From Felis catus (lineage: Eukaryota), in assembly GCF_018350175.1 (NCBI RefSeq), contig NC_058371.1:48856001-48920000 (forward strand): a stretch of 64,000 nucleotides of DNA, written 5' to 3'. Shown here piece after piece: positions 61,212 through 64,000 of this stretch. The notes below the pieces were generated by a model. It searched no databases. It was not told the origin of the DNA and saw only the letters and a list, made by a program, of their open reading frames with translations. Position 1 is the first letter of the stretch, and the number at the start of each line of letters is the position of its first letter. The translations under genes and the position numbers were made by a program.

Positions 61212-64000
61212 TGTCAAGCTGGTGCCCATACACATCTCCTTAAATAATACTTAATCCCCAAATGGAGACAATAACAAGGTTACAATTCTGCCTAAAGCTC
61301 ATAATGTGAGTATGCTGTGTACAACCAAAATCATACTAACCCCTTCCCCAGAAGAGGAGGTAAAGTCCTTGAGAGATATTTACTTTTCCCCCTTGATATC
61401 CCATAATTTAAATACTATGATATAAAGTTAACAATATTTAAATACCGTGATATAAAATCAATGTTTTTTTTTTAATTCTCTTAAGTTTATTTATTTTGAG
61501 ACAGAGCAAACAGGGAAGGGGCAGAGAGAGAGGGAGAAAGAGAGACAATCCCAAGCAGGCTGTCAGCACTGTCAGCACGGAACCTGACACGGGGCTTGAA
61601 CTCATGAACCATGAGATCGTGACCTGAGACAAAACCAAGAGTTGGTTGCTTAACTGACTGAGCCAACCAGGTGCCCCTAAAGTCAATGTGTTTTGTGTTT
61701 TATGTTACATGATAAGGGGATAAGAGAGGGAAGAAAGCAAAGATATTTGCTGTACATATATTTATATATTTATAACACACCAAGGGGGAAATACTCTTGA
61801 CAAGTTCAGTCCTTATTTTTGTAACTGGTCACATGGTCATAGCTGGTATTTATAACTGCCTTCTTCCACTACCCGTCTGTATTTTCTTTGCCCCAGGCAA
61901 ACACCTCAGCTGGTTGTTATTCTTTACCTGGTAGGGTGATCCAGACCTTCATTCCTGAAGGGCCATTCCAGTCCTCCCTAGTCTGGGTTGTTGTAGTTTT
62001 CAACTGACATTTATTTCAGGGAACAGTAGCACTAAGAGACACCCTCAGGGAGCTTTTGAATTCCAGACGTGCTCTCCCTTACCCCCATTGTAGAGTAATA
62101 GTCCAGTTTCTCCTTGGTAGTTGGGATCAGTCACGTGGTCAGCACAATAACTTCTTCTTTGTCTATTAATTCAAAGGCATGAGAAGCCCAAAGTGACCAA
62201 GCAGCAGTCTTAACTTCCAGTTCAATGGAATCATTGTTGTATCTCCTGGCAAGAACACTCCTTCCTTTGGAACAAAGATCTCTAAGCCAGCAGAGCATAA
62301 GGTTGTGGGAATAAGAAGCAAACATTTTGCTACTGGGTCACTAGGGGTAATAGTGAGTGAGTCTTTCCCATCTCCATCCCTTGATCCCAGGACTAGTGAA
62401 TTCTGGCTATCGGAGAAACAGCACCACATACTGGACACTGATTCAGACCATAGACAGCCCTGCAAGGTATTGCCACCTAACTAGAGCTGTAACTGAGTCT
62501 TCAAAGGCCATTGCACCCTTCTGTCATGCTAGCTGTTTCAAGATGGTGGGGACCATGGTAACACCAGTGAATTCCGTGATCATGGGCCCATTGCCACACT
62601 TCATTTGCTGTGAAGTGATATCCTTGATCAGAAGCAGTGCTATGTTGGAATACCATGGAATACCATGATGGCAGATAATGCATTCTGTCTGGTATTTTTT
62701 GGCAGAAACATTTCATGCAGGGAAGGAAAATGCATAGCTAGAGTAAATTTCTATTCTAGTAAGAAGACATTGCCCCTTCCATGATGAGAGTGGTCCAAGG
62801 TAATTAACCTGCCACCAGGTAGCTGGCTGACCACCCTGGGGAGTGGTGCCATATTGGGGATTTGTTGGTGGTCTCTCCTGTTGGCAGATTAGGCACTTGG
62901 CAATAGCCGTAGCCAGGTTGGCCTTAGTGACTGGAAGTCCATGCTGCTGACCCCATGCATAGAACCCATCCCCACCATCATGGCCATTTTGTTCATGAGC
63001 CCACTGGGTGATGACAGGGGTGGCTGGAGAAAAAAGACTGACTGGTATCCACAGAATAGGTCATCCTATGCACTTGTCTATTAAAAGTCTCCTCTGCTGA
63101 GCTTACCCTTTGAAGAAAATTCACATAGGATGCAAAGGCCTTCACATTTTTTGCTCCTTCAGAGAGGACTATTCACAAACCTCTTCCCCAACTTTTCTTG
63201 GAACCAATTTTCCAATTGTGGAAAATCCCTGACCATTCAGCCAAACCATTGGCCATGGCCCATGAATCAGTATATAATCACATGTCTGACCATTTCCTCT
63301 TCTGAGCAAACATGACAGCCAGGTACACTGCCAGAAGTTCTGCCCACTGGGAGGATTTTCATTCACCACTGCCCTTCAGGGGTGTCCCAAAGAGGGGCTG
63401 TGATGTTACAGCTGCCCACTTTCAAATGATGCCTGCGTTTTGCGCAGAACCAATGGTAAACTAGGCCGGAATCTTCTCCTCCTCTATCAGCTGGTCATAG
63501 AGAACTCCCCATAATACCATAGGTGCAGGCTGGGGGAGAGAAGGTGGTATACTAGGAGTGGGGACCGTGGGTATTTGGACCACTTTCTCATGTAACTTAC
63601 TTGTGCCTTCAGGGCCTGCTCAGGCCTAATTACATATACACCACTTCATTTGATGATGGAGAGCGGCTCTGTGTGTCCAACATTATAACTTGGTGGGTCA
63701 GAGAGTACCCAGTTCATGAGGCACAGCTCAGGTCTCATGGTAACATGGTGACCTCTGCTAGTCTCTACTCAACCCAAGAGCTATTTCTCAAAAGGAGAGT
63801 AGTTATCCCCGGAGGATGGCATAACTCTGCTCCAAAATCCTAAGGGTCTGTAGTGCAAGTCACTTATAGGGGTCTTCCAAAGGCCCCAAACAACATCCCT
63901 ATCTGCCACTGTCACTTTAAGCACCATTGGATCTGTTGGATCATATGGCCCAGCTTGCACGGAAGCCTGGACCTGTCGCAGAGCCTTTTCTTGTTCTAGG
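61212..64000 (-). mobile_element. ERVL internal region: decayed pol (integrase, dUTPase-like); runs off the window
   Basis: ORF fragments SDQGYHFTANEVWQWAHDHGIHWCYHGPHH and VPKEGVFLPGDTTMIPLNWKLRL; many stops and frameshifts. Confidence 0.9.
61464..61677 (-). mobile_element. Can-SINE inside the ERVL internal region
   Basis: TSD taaa(a/g)tcaatgt. Confidence 0.88.

Overview
Mammalian genomic DNA from a felid, judged from about 40 tRNA-derived Can-SINEs (including young SINEC_Fc-type copies) and an L1_Fc-type 3' end. Two stress-associated genes sit head-to-head about 13 kb apart. CLU (clusterin) is on the minus strand: promoter near 13.7 kb, non-coding exon 1 and coding exons 2-6, with later exons falling left of the window. 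SCARA3 is on the plus strand: CpG-island exon 1 near 27.07 kb and coding exons 1-5, with the collagen-domain exon falling right of the window. All splice sites are GT-AG and exon phases join in frame. SCARA3 intron 1 holds a full-length frameshifted RPS24 retrocopy. Other repeats include a solo MER21-like LTR, an MLT2/ERVL provirus remnant, Tigger and hAT MITEs, and L1/L2/MIR/CR1 fragments, plus four N-runs. I found no convincing new biological system. The best leads are regulatory and evolutionary: paired perfect ARE motifs between the genes, a (GGC)10-uORF arrangement in the SCARA3 leader, a likely orthologue of a human alternative CLU first exon, and nested retrotransposition events. Comparisons with human sequence and repeat family names are from memory and need alignment or RepeatMasker confirmation.
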